From: a virus
Length of the DNA: 64,000 bases
Strand: one strand, 5' to 3'
IMG/VR virus record: IMGVR_UViG_3300027801_001565
In this document: piece after piece, positions 63,864 through 64,000 of the stretch
Layout: each line of letters begins with the position of its first letter
How positions within the stretch are numbered: the first letter of the stretch is position 1
The notes under the pieces: generated by a model
The model's input: only the letters and a program-made list of their open reading frames with translations
What the model was told of the DNA's origin: nothing
Databases searched by the model: none
Made by a program: the position numbers and the translations under genes

Positions 63864-64000
63864 TTACCCTATCATAAACGAAGGAGGTAGCTCGTACTTT
63901 TTCTGCATCTCTAACTCTATCTGCTCTATCTCTCTAATAGCTTCGTTATAAATTGTCTCACCGTTTAATGTAACTCCGCCAGGCATTTGTACGCCAGCGA
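63864..64000 (-). CDS. gp13: Neck protein gp13, C-terminal fragment
   Basis: Hand translation ...AGVQMPGGVTLNGETIYNEA...YELPPSFMIG*; immediately upstream of gp14. Confidence 0.9.
   Translation of the reverse strand, partial: AGVQMPGGVTLNGETIYNEAIREIEQIELEMQKKYELPPSFMIG

Noticed and set aside
1-64000. CRISPR array, rRNA, integrase or IS element
   Set aside because: No regularly spaced repeats, rRNA-like sequence or transposase/integrase motifs were seen.
1-64000. Stop-codon reassignment
   Set aside because: Core genes translate full-length in the standard code, and TAA, TAG and TGA are all used as stops.

Overview
This is a 64-kb segment of a large, AT-rich T4-like myovirus, probably marine. 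A gammaproteobacterial host is inferred from the IscU/IscA, TonB-dependent receptor and copper-monooxygenase genes. Almost all genes are on the minus strand. In transcription order (right to left) the window holds: the virion block (gp13 partial, 14, 15, 16, 17, 18, 19, 20, core, 21, 22, 23); iscU-iscA, gp3, uvsY, uvsW and gp55; a 7-deazaguanine DNA-modification cluster (queE, PRTase, folE, exonuclease, TGT/DpdA-like, DenV-like, DpdL-like, glycosyltransferase, queD; no queC seen); gp47/46; a Grx/SET/PDF/ClpP block; a BtuB-like receptor; a VWA + CobS-like ATPase pair; gp45/44/62/regA; radical SAM, 2OG oxygenase, cytochrome c-copper monooxygenase and Hsp20 genes; gp43, mazG, UDP-sugar dehydrogenase, uvsX and gp41; an early accessory region with a small alarmone hydrolase and tRNA-Thr; glycan enzymes; two very His-rich nucleotidyltransferases with capsid-targeting-like sequences; spanins; and a basic internal-head-like protein split by a probable -1 frameshift. 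The best candidates for undescribed biology are: (i) the deazaguanine cluster extended by a glycosyltransferase and a PRTase; (ii) the ~11%-His ligase-like + HIGH-nucleotidyltransferase pair, probably packaged and ejected; (iii) the A9 slippery site with downstream hairpins; (iv) non-coding signals, namely an AGAG motif at a fixed position in six sigma70 promoters, a twin 72-bp G/C-phased element, a ROSE-like thermometer, and direct repeats flanking accessory cassettes. All protein calls come from motif recognition by eye; no database searches were run.
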